37,204 nucleotides of DNA. It comes from a virus. How positions within the stretch are numbered: position 1 is the first letter of the stretch; every line of letters starts with the position of its first letter. Both the position numbers and the translations under genes were made by a program. The notes beneath the pieces are model-generated. The model had not been told where the DNA came from and did not search any database. It saw only the letters and a program-made list of their open reading frames with translations. This document shows positions 9,732-18,349 of this stretch, piece by piece. Location: UHGV virus genome UHGV-0014568. One strand, 5' to 3'.

Positions 9732-11407
9732 TGTGATTGCCCACCCTGACCACTAACTGCATTCGCCATAGCTGACAAAACACTCGGATCCGAAGTTTTA
9801 GCTTCGCTTAGCGTCTTGGCACCCTGTGCCGCCGCCATCCCCATCGCCATCATTTGTTGCTGCTGTTGCTGCTGTGCCCGTTGCTGGCGAGCCTGCTCAA
9901 CCTGTTCCTGCGGAACAATGACGGTTGGAGACACTCCGGACATATCAGCGAATGCATCGATCGCCTGATCAACGTTGAGTTTGTCGAGAGCTTCTGGTTT
10001 CGCTTGCGCAAGTTGACCAATGAAGTTAACCGTGGACGCCAGACTGGACAGGCCGATAGACTTCTGCGCCTGAGCCATGACGGAAATGTATTCGACCTTC
10101 AGGGGCATGCCTTCCATCGCGTCAGGCGGTGGCGGCAGCATGTTTTTACGCACCATCATCGAGAAAGCGCGGTAAATGAGAGGATTAAGACATTCGTCGT
10201 TCAGACGCTCAAGTACCGGCCCCAACATCAGAAGTTTTTCTTCTTTCATTTCGATCACCGCTTCAACAGGCATCGAGCGGGTATTGATGTTCTGCAACAT
10301 CATGAACAGATCGACAAAGTAGGCGCTGTTAATGATTTGACGAGTGTCCTGAATGTCTGCCACCAAATCTGCTGTACTGGGGTTAACCAGATAAGCAGGC
10401 CTGAAGCCATCCTGACCAGTAATCTGATCGATATACGTGATGTCGCCAGGAAGAAGGGAGGCGCGCTGATTCTTGAGGGAAGTCGGAGCAACCATCGGCG
10501 GATTGGTGGCTTTATCAATCAACTGCGACTTGCGCTTCTGGAGAAGCTGCAATGCCTTAACAGGTCCAAGCGCCAGCATACCCGGGCATGATGATCCATA
10601 AACATCTTCGCCGTTAACTTCCCAGCGCGGAGCCATAATTGGAAACTCATCAAATCCGGACTCACGCAACAACTTGTCGTTATCGCCACCAACCTCGTAA
10701 TAAACCGATTTGAATGGCTTGTTCTTGCTATCCAGCTTCGATGTATCGCGGTCAATGTTCGGGTAAACCGAATGCATCACTTCAATCCACTTCTCGTAGG
10801 TGCCGCTTTCCCACATGCTTTTTACGGATTCGCTGACGTTATTTAGCCCGAACTCCTGAACAAGCTGACGAACAGTCATAGAGAACTTGCGAAAACAGGT
10901 GTCCACACTGCCACGAGGTGAGTTAGCCAGGTAGTAACTGCCTATCGGGAATGGCATTGTGCGAATGATGTCCTCGTCATCCTCCAGTACTGCCATTGCA
11001 CCAGTGCTGTATGTGCCGAGGCTTCCGTATAACTGCGGCAGCGACTGATAGAGATTCGACTTATTGAACATATCGTTCATGCGGTTCTGCACCGCCTCAA
11101 GCCACAACTTAACAGGACCATAATCCATCATTTCAGGATCAGGCGTAGCCAGGCGAAACCACGGACGCGCGGGGCTTGTGATGCCAGACATCATGCCGCT
11201 GGCGAGAGTGCGCGCCGCCATAGTCCCGGTCGAATCAATAATGCGTGTATTGCGTCGATCGTTACGGTTGACCTCAGAAGTAAGAAAGCGGGAACCACGC
11301 GGGTTGATGTAATCACTCAACTCGCGCCAGTGCGGCTCGAACGACTGACGCTCGCTTTCAAGTTGTGCGAACTGTTTGTTCAATCGCTCTTTAGTTGTTT
11401 CCGCCAT
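9728..11407 (-). CDS. Portal (head-to-tail connector) protein, podovirus/T7 type
   Basis: 559-aa ORF; Gln-rich, Ala/Met-containing C-terminal tail (QQRAQQQQQQQMMAMGMAAAQGA) closely resembles the T7 gp8 C-terminus; lies just downstream of terL. Confidence 0.8.
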   Translation of the reverse strand: MAETTKERLNKQFAQLESERQSFEPHWRELSDYINPRGSRFLTSEVNRNDRRNTRIIDSTGTMAARTLASGMMSGITSPARPWFRLATPDPEMMDYGPVKLWLEAVQNRMNDMFNKSNLYQSLPQLYGSLGTYSTGAMAVLEDDEDIIRTMPFPIGSYYLANSPRGSVDTCFRKFSMTVRQLVQEFGLNNVSESVKSMWESGTYEKWIEVMHSVYPNIDRDTSKLDSKNKPFKSVYYEVGGDNDKLLRESGFDEFPIMAPRWEVNGEDVYGSSCPGMLALGPVKALQLLQKRKSQLIDKATNPPMVAPTSLKNQRASLLPGDITYIDQITGQDGFRPAYLVNPSTADLVADIQDTRQIINSAYFVDLFMMLQNINTRSMPVEAVIEMKEEKLLMLGPVLERLNDECLNPLIYRAFSMMVRKNMLPPPPDAMEGMPLKVEYISVMAQAQKSIGLSSLASTVNFIGQLAQAKPEALDKLNVDQAIDAFADMSGVSPTVIVPQEQVEQARQQRAQQQQQQQMMAMGMAAAQGAKTLSEAKTSDPSVLSAMANAVSGQGGQSQ

Positions 11408-11421
11408 TTCAATGACTCCGG

Positions 11422-11628
11422 TTACTGACCAAGCAGCGTTTTACCGCTGGTATTAGCGGTTGATGTGTCGCCCTGAGAACCGGTAAGCAGCGTAGAACTA
11501 CGACCAGCAGCAGCGCGACGGCGACGTGTTTCTTCGTCGCGGGCATCAACAACGGCAGCATCCTGCTCCTGTGGTGCTGCCTGAACTTCTGGTGTTGCAG
11601 GCACTGATGGTGAGCTACCCATGCACAT
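11422..11628 (-). CDS. Possible small acidic protein upstream of portal
   Basis: 68-aa ORF with a GGAG-type RBS; the same RBS context (CGGAGTCATTGA) precedes the portal start; overlaps another ORF frame, so uncertain. Confidence 0.2.
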   Translation of the reverse strand: MCMGSSPSVPATPEVQAAPQEQDAAVVDARDEETRRRRAAAGRSSTLLTGSQGDTSTANTSGKTLLGQ

Positions 11629-11696
11629 ATCAATGACTCCGTACGCAATTAAATTATTACCAATTTAACCACATATGATTTATTTATCGTAGATAG

Positions 11697-11733
11697 TTGA
11701 CATTTAACGCACGAATTATTACCTTTTAGGTAA
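11697..11733 (+). promoter_or_regulatory. Promoter-like region (TTGACA at 11697-11702) with TTACC-N5-GGTAA palindrome (11719-11733) upstream of the tRNA cassette
   Basis: Consensus -35 hexamer; no good -10 at canonical spacing; operator-like palindrome TTACCTTTTAGGTAA overlaps the expected -10/+1 region. Confidence 0.35.
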
Positions 11734-12055
11734 GCAAATGGTTCATTCCAGTTATTAACCTGACTGGCTTGTCGTTAAATTGAACAGGTGGAGTGAGCTT
11801 TTATTTTGAGCAGTACGGCGTATGGCACATGCGCCGATAGCGGTCTGGATACGTTTAAGGGGCACCCTCCCTTGCTCGGGCAAACGAACCAGGTAGCCGG
11901 AATGTGCAAGTCGAGCGGTTTTATTCCGCGCACGGGGATTCACCATCCCGGCGATTCGGTGTGACGCCTCGGAAGAGACGAGGATACAACGATGAGAGCA
12001 TTTCTGGAGCCGCGACAAAGTGTGGCGCCTTAACAGGCTAAGTGCTCTCAGCGTT

Positions 12056-12132
12056 GTGGCATTAGCTCAGTCGGACAGAGCAACCGCCTTCTAAGCGGTT
12101 GGTCGCAGGTTCGAATCCTGCATGCCACGCCA
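12056..12132 (+). tRNA. tRNA-Arg (anticodon UCU, reads AGA)
   Basis: Hand-folded cloverleaf: acceptor GTGGCAT/ATGCCAC, D-stem GCTC/GAGC, anticodon stem ACCGC/GCGGT with loop CTTCTAA (TCT at 12090-12092), T-arm GCAGG-TTCGAAT-CCTGC, discriminator G and encoded CCA. Confidence 0.85.
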
Positions 12133-12330
12133 GAATCACGCCTAAGGACCGTGATGCCAGAAGTTCCAGGTGCTTGGCGGTGATGGTTTCCCTTGAAGGA
12201 CTATCACCGCCCTTTTTACAGCAGGACGCCATTGCGATGACTTCATGCTGTAAACCAGTACAGCCACGGAAGGCATAACTCATTGCTTCCAGTTCGCCCG
12301 GTTCGCCGGGCATTTTTTTAAGGTGAGATT

Positions 12331-12687
12331 ATGAACGACCAGCAAATCGAAAAAGAAATCGTTGAGAAAGGCAAAACGGCACCGCGCGTTACGCCCCAAT
12401 ATATCGAAAGCATCATTCTTGAAGAGCATTTCTTTACTGCTTATGACGGTATTCGTGCCGCCAGTATGGGCGTTGGCGATACGTGGACAGCGCATAAATC
12501 TACAAACCTCCTTACTTTCTGCGTACTGGTGCTGAAGAATGGCTTCACCGTCACCGGAGAGAGCGCATGTGCAAGCCCGGAAAACTTTGATGCAGAAATT
12601 GGTCGGAAGATTGCCCGGCAGAATGCTGTAAACAAAATCTGGATGCTTGAAGGTTACTTGCTGAAGCAGAAGTTAAGCGAGCAATAA
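12331..12687 (+). CDS. Small moron protein, possibly phage Gp49/Sf6 gene-66-like family
   Basis: 118-aa ORF with AAGGTGAG RBS; opposite orientation to the flanking structural genes; family assignment is recollection of a conserved FFTAYDG...GDTW...NGFTVTGESAC pattern. Confidence 0.45.
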   Translation: MNDQQIEKEIVEKGKTAPRVTPQYIESIILEEHFFTAYDGIRAASMGVGDTWTAHKSTNLLTFCVLVLKNGFTVTGESACASPENFDAEIGRKIARQNAVNKIWMLEGYLLKQKLSEQ

Positions 12688-12691
12688 CACC

Positions 12692-12703
12692 GTGACATGT
12701 CAC
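12692..12703. repeat. 12-bp perfect palindrome GTGACATGTCAC (copy 1 of 3)
   Basis: Exact palindrome 5 nt after the stop of the plus-strand moron gene and just before its terminator. Confidence 0.8.
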
Positions 12704-12707
12704 AAAC

Positions 12708-12734
12708 AGCCAGCCTATGAGCTGGCTTTGTTTT
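12708..12734 (+). terminator. Rho-independent terminator for the tRNA/moron cassette
   Basis: 7-bp stem AGCCAGC/GCTGGCT with 6-nt loop followed by TTGTTTT. Confidence 0.6.
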
Positions 12735-12777
12735 ATCCTCACCAGAGGATATCAACGACATTATCCCCACCAGCGGA

Positions 12778-14253
12778 TTAAGCATAGGGATCGTAATCTG
12801 TAATGGCCTTGCCTTGCTGGTTCTGCTGACCTGGAATTCGCAGACGCTTCGACACAGGGAAAGCAAACGTCAGCAGTAGCGCATCGCCTTTACCCGGCGA
12901 ACGCCCAAGACGCTCTTTGATATCTTCCTTCGGTTCGATAACGATTTTACCGTCCACACGAACTTTGTACTCTGCCGCCGACAGGTCGTCTGCTGTTTCC
13001 TGGTCATCCAGTATGCCGCCCAGCCTCAGCCATGTCTTGCATGAATTGAACATCTCCCCACGCTTGTTGAGCATCTGCGGGTCAGTAGACGCGCCACCGA
13101 ACGGAACAAGTTGCCATGTACGACCCCATCCGTCACCGATTGACTTCAGACCGGTTCCGTAACCGAAGTCGATGAACACCGCGTCAGCCTGGTACTGGTC
13201 TTCAAAGTCAGCGATACGCTTCGCCATAATCAGATCGTCGGTGGTCTTGTTACCAGTCCATAGCACCTTACTGTGCAGCCCCTGCCGCAGGTATATCACC
13301 GCGTCATCAACGCCTGAGTATGCCGGGTCAACGCCGATTATCACCGGAGCATGTGCAACCTGCGCAGCGGTTACCACCCGTTTCATTGCCTCATCAGTAA
13401 GACCGGTAGGGATAAACTGCAATTCAGATGCATCAGGGAATATGCCGCGCACACGGATTTTAACGAAGTCGCTGTCTTCCCCGTAGTCATCAACCCATTT
13501 CTGCAACTGCTGTTTGTTAGTGCCTTCCACCGTCCGGCTGTCAATCTGCGCACACTTCCAGCGGTGTTTGTACTTGCGGAAACATTCACGGAAACGCCCG
13601 GTGTTACGCGTCGGGTTCCCGAACGCCACCCAGATGATTTCGGTGTCTTCGTCCGTCAGCGCACCCTCTGCTACCTCCCACACCAGATCGGCAATGTTCG
13701 ACGCTTCATCGAATACCACGATGATGCGTTTGCGCTCGTTGTGTAGTCCGGCGAATGCCTCAGTGTTGTGCTCAGACCAGGGGATTGCGTCAGCTCGCCA
13801 CCGCTTGTCGTGCCCAGGATCATTGCTGTACATCGCGGTAGCGGTACAGGTAAACCAGTCTTTCGTGATAGCAAGGTTCGACCACTTGATAATTTCCGGC
13901 CAGGTCTTCGTTCGTAGCTGGTTGTCGGTGTTGGCGGTCACCACGACCTTACAATCCTCGCAAGTGGACATGCCCCAGTTGATCAGCATTGAGATGAATG
14001 CGGATTTACCAATACCGTGACCAGAAGCGCGTGCCAGCATAAGCGGCTGATAGCGCGTCTCTGGATTCTGCAGGTGATCACGTATCTCTCGGAACGCATC
14101 AGCCTGCCACTGACGTGGGCCGGTGGCATGTGCCAGTTCAGTCCCCTCTTCCCCCCACGGGAACGCATAGAGGGCATAGCCAAGCGGATCGTGAGTGAAC
14201 CCTGCAATATCCTCGATCAACTGCTCTTCAGGAGATAACGCTGTATCTGTCAC
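12778..14253 (-). CDS. terL: Terminase large subunit
   Basis: 491-aa ORF; Walker A-like GHGIGKS near the N-terminus; overlaps terS by 4 nt; GTG start per ORF track. Confidence 0.85.
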   Translation of the reverse strand: MTDTALSPEEQLIEDIAGFTHDPLGYALYAFPWGEEGTELAHATGPRQWQADAFREIRDHLQNPETRYQPLMLARASGHGIGKSAFISMLINWGMSTCEDCKVVVTANTDNQLRTKTWPEIIKWSNLAITKDWFTCTATAMYSNDPGHDKRWRADAIPWSEHNTEAFAGLHNERKRIIVVFDEASNIADLVWEVAEGALTDEDTEIIWVAFGNPTRNTGRFRECFRKYKHRWKCAQIDSRTVEGTNKQQLQKWVDDYGEDSDFVKIRVRGIFPDASELQFIPTGLTDEAMKRVVTAAQVAHAPVIIGVDPAYSGVDDAVIYLRQGLHSKVLWTGNKTTDDLIMAKRIADFEDQYQADAVFIDFGYGTGLKSIGDGWGRTWQLVPFGGASTDPQMLNKRGEMFNSCKTWLRLGGILDDQETADDLSAAEYKVRVDGKIVIEPKEDIKERLGRSPGKGDALLLTFAFPVSKRLRIPGQQNQQGKAITDYDPYA

Positions 14254-14846
14254 TGATTACCATCCTGACGTTCTTTGAGTCGCTTCCTGGCTGCTGCTAT
14301 GCGATCAGCAATTGTCACATTCACATTAACATCCAGACGTTCTTTGAACGCGTTGACATCAACATGCTTACCAATCAGCTCAAGGTTCTTCACCTTGTCA
14401 GGCCATTTAATTTTTTTGAGGATTGTCTCTATCGAATCCTCGTTCATGTTCATGATGGTCGATGACAGATCAAAGCCACTAAGCGTAGTGCGCCAGATTT
14501 TCGGCCACTCACGGATTGGTTTAAGGCTCCCATCGTCGTTGAGGATGTCGATCACGTCCATCTGGTCGATCTCCACCAGGCGCATGAGAACGTAATCAGC
14601 ACTGACGCGCATTCGTTTGTTGCGCTCCTCCATCAACTCGGCAATCCGTTTTTGAATGCGTTCATCGCGCATCATGACACTGGCTTTAACTGCCGCTGTA
14701 TTTGGGGAGAATCCTGCGTTAATCGCTGCCTGAGTCTGGTTTTCAGGCGTTTTGATGTATGACTGGCAATAAGCCTCCTGCATTGCCGTTAGTGGCTTAA
14801 ATTGCGTTGATTTGCGTTTATAGGTTTTAGGTTCAGCAGGCATCAT
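14250..14846 (-). CDS. terS: Terminase small subunit
   Basis: Immediately upstream of and overlapping terL; ORF track starts at TTG 14924, but the in-frame ATG-ATG at 14846/14843 with a GGTGG RBS is the more likely start (about 198 aa). Confidence 0.65.
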   Translation of the reverse strand: MMPAEPKTYKRKSTQFKPLTAMQEAYCQSYIKTPENQTQAAINAGFSPNTAAVKASVMMRDERIQKRIAELMEERNKRMRVSADYVLMRLVEIDQMDVIDILNDDGSLKPIREWPKIWRTTLSGFDLSSTIMNMNEDSIETILKKIKWPDKVKNLELIGKHVDVNAFKERLDVNVNVTIADRIAAARKRLKERQDGNQ

Positions 14847-14863
14847 AACCACCGTGGTAATAG

Positions 14864-14878
14864 TTACCGTTGTGGTAA
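14864..14878. promoter_or_regulatory. TTACC-N5-GGTAA palindrome (TTACCGTTGTGGTAA) in the terS leader
   Basis: Exact operator-type palindrome 18 nt upstream of the preferred terS ATG, flanked by GTGGTAATAG direct repeats. Confidence 0.5.
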
Positions 14879-14956
14879 TAGTACCATGCAAAATAAAGCC
14901 GCCATAGTTGGCGGCAGTATTCAAAACACGTCAAATTCATCATGCATAATCTACTC

Positions 14957-14968
14957 GTGACATGTCAC
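14957..14968. repeat. 12-bp perfect palindrome GTGACATGTCAC (copy 2 of 3)
   Basis: Exact palindrome overlapping the stop of the upstream 115-aa ORF, about 110 nt upstream of the terS ATG. Confidence 0.8.
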
Positions 14969-15312
14969 ACTATTAATTTCGTTTCATGCCAGCCTTTAGT
15001 CACCCAGCATTGCGAGTCACCATTACACGGGCATGAATTAACTGGAACTCTCTCGCCGCACTTACCGCAACGTTTTCTGCTGATCGATTTTATACGCCCG
15101 CGCACACGTGCATCATCCTGGCGGATCAGCAGCGCGATGTACTCGGCCATTTCATAGGGATCGCGACCAGGGCGCCGGGCGGCGCAGTTCCGCGCCAGCA
15201 TTTCCTGCTCCTGCTTATCCAGCACCAGTTCAATTTTGCGCTCACCGGCGGCGGACTGCCGAGCGCGCTGCGCGGCTTTGCGTTCTGCGGGGGATTTAGC
15301 CACGAACCGCAC
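14965..15312 (-). CDS. Arg-rich protein with C-terminal Cys cluster, unknown function
   Basis: 115-aa ORF (GTG start); C-terminal CGKCG...CPCNG zinc-binding-like motif; start uncertain; overlaps the small ORF 15296..15418. Confidence 0.3.
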   Translation of the reverse strand: MRFVAKSPAERKAAQRARQSAAGERKIELVLDKQEQEMLARNCAARRPGRDPYEMAEYIALLIRQDDARVRGRIKSISRKRCGKCGERVPVNSCPCNGDSQCWVTKGWHETKLIV

Positions 15313-15418
15313 TCCACGCCAGATTGATTAATGACTCCCAGGTAATATAAACCCGGATACCAGCAGCCAGGCCGAAACCAATCACCATGGCATAAAGCAG
15401 AGCGTTGCACTTGTTCAT
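15296..15418 (-). CDS. Possible 40-aa single-pass membrane peptide
   Basis: ATG shares one base with the upstream stop (TGATG); hydrophobic core ALLYAMVIGFGLAAGI; below the ORF-track size cutoff; conflicts with the 115-aa ORF start. Confidence 0.25.
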   Translation of the reverse strand: MNKCNALLYAMVIGFGLAAGIRVYITWESLINLAWSAVRG

Positions 15419-15999
15419 CAGTTCACCTCCTGCGGTGGTTCCGGTAGCGGCATCCAGTGAGTTGAGCTCTCTACTTCGACGCCGTCTTTGTCCACAAAAG
15501 CCATCTTATTCCCGCCACGAGTGGGGCAAAAAACCTTATCCCAAGAACCGGGGAATACATTACCGAGATCATCGAGAAGAATCACATCGCAATATTCAGC
15601 AGGAACTGCATCACTACAGCTTATCCAGCCAGCCGGAGTTACCGGAGGGGTACCCGATAGCGCATTCTGCTCCAGTGATGCTTTTACAAACCACGCTGCC
15701 TGAACTATTACGCCATGAATCCAGCGCAAATCAGCATCGCGATCGTTCTTTTTCATCTTTTCACCACTTAAAGCCTGGCTTATGTGGCTGCATACTAGGT
15801 TTTCATGTAATTCCTTCGCATCCTCAATGGTGAAACCACCAGGTAAACGCCCCGGAGTTACCGGAGAGTTGCCAGCCTTGCGCATGGCAATTTCCACGAT
15901 TTCAACCATATCTTCTGGTGGAATTTTACAATGCTGGCCAATATGCCTCTGCTGTCTGGCATACTCGAGGATGTGCTCCAGCTTGGTTCGATTAATCAT
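15418..15999 (-). CDS. DUF551-like phage protein
   Basis: 193-aa ORF; C-terminal GWISCSDAVPAEYCDVILLDDLGN...THWMPLPEPP matches my recollection of the DUF551 pattern. Confidence 0.45.
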   Translation of the reverse strand: MINRTKLEHILEYARQQRHIGQHCKIPPEDMVEIVEIAMRKAGNSPVTPGRLPGGFTIEDAKELHENLVCSHISQALSGEKMKKNDRDADLRWIHGVIVQAAWFVKASLEQNALSGTPPVTPAGWISCSDAVPAEYCDVILLDDLGNVFPGSWDKVFCPTRGGNKMAFVDKDGVEVESSTHWMPLPEPPQEVN

Positions 16000-16442
16000 G
16001 ATTTATCTCCCTTAAGCATGGCGGCGCGGCAGGCTTCATCAACCATAGCTTCTACGTTTTCGAGAAGTACGTAACTGTACTGCTGCCCGCTAACCCATTC
16101 TTTTCTGCGAGGTAATGCGCGTGGGTCCGCTACAATGGCTCGCAAACGTTCCAGAACAGCTGGTACTGCTGGCGCTGGCGTGGCAGTGTATAGCGCCGTT
16201 GTACCCATCGGCTTATGATTGCATTTCGGGCAAACGTCGTTCTCTCGCCAGTCCTCAATTGTTTCCCACCCGCAGCGACAACATTCGTAACTGATGTAGT
16301 CAGGTTCTGCCTCCAGCGATGCCAGAGCAATCCGTGCCAGCTCTTCCGCTTCTTCTGCTGGCAGTACAACGTTGCTACCAGGTCCGTATGTTTCGCGCCA
16401 CTGCTTGATTGTCAGCAGTCGCTCTTTGGTAATAGTGTTCAT
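15996..16442 (-). CDS. Zinc-ribbon protein, unknown function
   Basis: 148-aa ORF with CCRCG...CPKCNH motif; 4-nt overlaps with both neighbours. Confidence 0.4.
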   Translation of the reverse strand: MNTITKERLLTIKQWRETYGPGSNVVLPAEEAEELARIALASLEAEPDYISYECCRCGWETIEDWRENDVCPKCNHKPMGTTALYTATPAPAVPAVLERLRAIVADPRALPRRKEWVSGQQYSYVLLENVEAMVDEACRAAMLKGDKS

Positions 16443-16804
16443 GCCGTAGCCCCTTCTTGATATTTTTCAAACCAGAACACAACCGGGTCAGATTTCATTT
16501 CAACCAATCCCATACGAACCAGCGCCTTGCCTTTCCCGGACGCAAGGAATTCACGACGACCATCACTGATAATTCGCCGATAATCTTCCAGGCTACTGCA
16601 ATGCTTGTGCAGATTGCATGGGTGGCATGCCGGAACCATGTTGGATATATCGTCACGATCCTGGTGAAGCATATTTCCATCAAAACGAATGACCGGTTTT
16701 ACATGGTCTGCATGCCACTTTTCGCCAAGTTCGCAGCCGCAATAAGCGCAGCGACCACCAAACTTCATGCGCAGCTCTGCACGTTGTTTTTTCGTCAGTG
16801 CCAT
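16439..16804 (-). CDS. HNH endonuclease
   Basis: CAYCGCEL...HADHVKP...CHPCNLHKH motif set; ATG at 16804 with AAGGAAAG RBS preferred over the longer track ORF (start 16894). Confidence 0.7.
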   Translation of the reverse strand: MALTKKQRAELRMKFGGRCAYCGCELGEKWHADHVKPVIRFDGNMLHQDRDDISNMVPACHPCNLHKHCSSLEDYRRIISDGRREFLASGKGKALVRMGLVEMKSDPVVFWFEKYQEGATA

Positions 16805-16805
16805 A

Positions 16806-17024
16806 TCAGCTTTCCTTATATGGATTAATTTTATTGTGCAGTGTGTTGAACGGGGCCCATACCACGTCGTTATACAATTCAATAACTGGCTCAATTATTT
16901 TCCCGATTGCCCAGACAAAAATTAGCAGGGATATCGGTATCATCAACACGACAAACAGAATGAGAAACAGAAATTCTACAGCCCTGTTTTTTCGCGGATA
17001 TTTTTTTCTGAATAATGTGACCAT
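16806..17024 (-). CDS. Small single-pass membrane protein
   Basis: 72-aa ORF; basic N-terminus followed by hydrophobic stretch LFLILFVVLMIPISLLIFVWAIG. Confidence 0.35.
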   Translation of the reverse strand: MVTLFRKKYPRKNRAVEFLFLILFVVLMIPISLLIFVWAIGKIIEPVIELYNDVVWAPFNTLHNKINPYKES

Positions 17025-17157
17025 TCATTACCGCCCTTCCGGGCGGCCTCCTGATGTTCTGAGGGTACAGAAATCCCTCCGGTTAAGGATTTAATAAAAA
17101 TCACTTCTGATTTAAATTTTCAGTGTTTTGTTGTCATGTGGTTTATCGCCTTTATGC

Positions 17158-17463
17158 TTAAGCCTTATTTCTCAGCCATACACAAACAGGACCATCTTCA
17201 GTGTCATGAATGGAACCAATGAACCAGCCTTCACCTTCCGGGCGCTCCGGTTTCCAGGAGGCAATATCGGGACCATCCGCGTCCAGATTAAAATCATCTT
17301 CATCCATAGTTCTGATGGTCCATTGAAGATTATTTTCCTCCATCCATGCGTTAAACTCTTCCGTTGAAATAAGTTCTCTAGCATCACAGAATTTTTCATA
17401 TTCAGGATGCGTCCAGCAGCCATATTCATCACGTACTACTGGTATTTCTCTAATTTCATTCAT
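17158..17463 (-). CDS. Hypothetical acidic protein
   Basis: 101-aa ORF in the nin-like block; overlaps the upstream gene. Confidence 0.4.
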   Translation of the reverse strand: MNEIREIPVVRDEYGCWTHPEYEKFCDARELISTEEFNAWMEENNLQWTIRTMDEDDFNLDADGPDIASWKPERPEGEGWFIGSIHDTEDGPVCVWLRNKA

Positions 17464-17713
17464 TTCTGTTCCTCCACGTTTTCAGACTTTCACCACAGAA
17501 CGGGCAAAAACACATTGCAACACCACGACCGATATATTGGCCGGAGTGAATTTGAGCAATGTCTAAGCCTGGCTCGCCGGTGTTTATATTCACGCGTTCC
17601 GGGATAAATATGCCTTTACTCTTAAAGGTTGGATTTCCATATTCGAGAGATTTTGCCAAAGCCGCGCACGGTTCTATCTTGTTGCCATTAATTTGGCATT
17701 TTGACTCACTCAC
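17456..17713 (-). CDS. Hypothetical Cys-containing small protein
   Basis: 85-aa ORF with CFCPFCGE motif. Confidence 0.4.
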   Translation of the reverse strand: MSESKCQINGNKIEPCAALAKSLEYGNPTFKSKGIFIPERVNINTGEPGLDIAQIHSGQYIGRGVAMCFCPFCGESLKTWRNRNE

Positions 17714-18288
17714 TGGTTGCCTCCTTTGCGAAGCTGGGCGGCGAATTTCTGTGCCTCTTTCTGGATGAATAGCTTTTTGCTGAAGTTATGGTACTGACCG
17801 AACATCTCCACGCCCTGCGCCCGCAGTTCCGACAGGAAAGCGTCGGTGGCTGGGTGCTCTGTCTGGCTATGCATTGCCCATTCAGATAAGTACTCGAAGC
17901 AACGGCGAAACTCCTGCCAATCACTGCACATGTTTAGGTTTCCGCCTTCACACTCGAACTGGTAATTCTCTAAACGGTCTGCAAACGCTCTGCCATTCTC
18001 GATGGCACCAAGTGGAGTTTCAGACTTCAGCCAAGCATTCTCCGCAGCCAGCGCCGAAAACTTCTCGTGTGCCAACTTAACAGCCGCATCAGCCTGCTTA
18101 ATTGACTCAATCGCTTTCTGGTGGTCTTCGGCCAGCGCATTAGCACGCACCAGTTGCACTTCCAGTTGCGTTGCCAAATCGCTGATCAGCTTTGCCACAC
18201 TGCGCATATCAACGGCACCACATTCTGCTTTCAGTTCCGAAGCCATCTCATGCCCGGCGGAAACTAACCCTTTGATATTACTTTCCAT
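17710..18288 (-). CDS. Hypothetical helical protein
   Basis: 192-aa ORF with a helical, coiled-coil-like N-half; no recognised motif. Confidence 0.4.
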   Translation of the reverse strand: MESNIKGLVSAGHEMASELKAECGAVDMRSVAKLISDLATQLEVQLVRANALAEDHQKAIESIKQADAAVKLAHEKFSALAAENAWLKSETPLGAIENGRAFADRLENYQFECEGGNLNMCSDWQEFRRCFEYLSEWAMHSQTEHPATDAFLSELRAQGVEMFGQYHNFSKKLFIQKEAQKFAAQLRKGGNQ

Positions 18289-18349
18289 CTTTACCCTCGC
18301 TTATCCACATAACTTATTGATTACATTGATAACTAAAAAGATCGTCGAT

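Noticed and set aside
9854-10591. 245-aa plus-strand ORF
   Set aside because: Lies entirely antisense within the portal gene; His/Arg-rich low-complexity translation.
11409-11648. 79-aa minus-strand ORF overlapping the 68-aa ORF
   Set aside because: His/Arg/Leu-rich, alternative frame of the same region; at most one of the two can be real.
11755-12018. 87-aa minus-strand ORF between tRNA and portal
   Set aside because: Arg/Ser-rich with a weak start context, and it overlaps the region best explained as the plus-strand tRNA leader; left uncalled.
12056-12132. tRNA-Arg as the phage attachment site
   Set aside because: The tRNA is complete with its own promoter and terminator, lies between terL and portal, and is 13 kb from int; the arm-type repeats next to int are a better attP candidate.
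11697-12734. Toxin cargo (Stx-like) downstream of the tRNA, as in lambdoid toxin-converting phages
   Set aside because: The only coding sequence after the tRNA is a 118-aa protein with no toxin-like features; no A/B subunit-like ORFs present.
13514-14020. 168-aa plus-strand ORF and other plus-strand ORFs inside terL
   Set aside because: Antisense to the terminase large subunit, which has clear motifs; shadow frames.
15126-15410. 94-aa minus-strand ORF
   Set aside because: Trp/Cys/Pro/Arg-rich composition typical of an out-of-frame read, overlapping two more plausible ORFs.
17031-17046. Hairpin CCGCCC-TTCC-GGGCGG as a terminator
   Set aside because: No U-run on either side and it overlaps the RBS of the next gene; more likely a translational or mRNA structure element.
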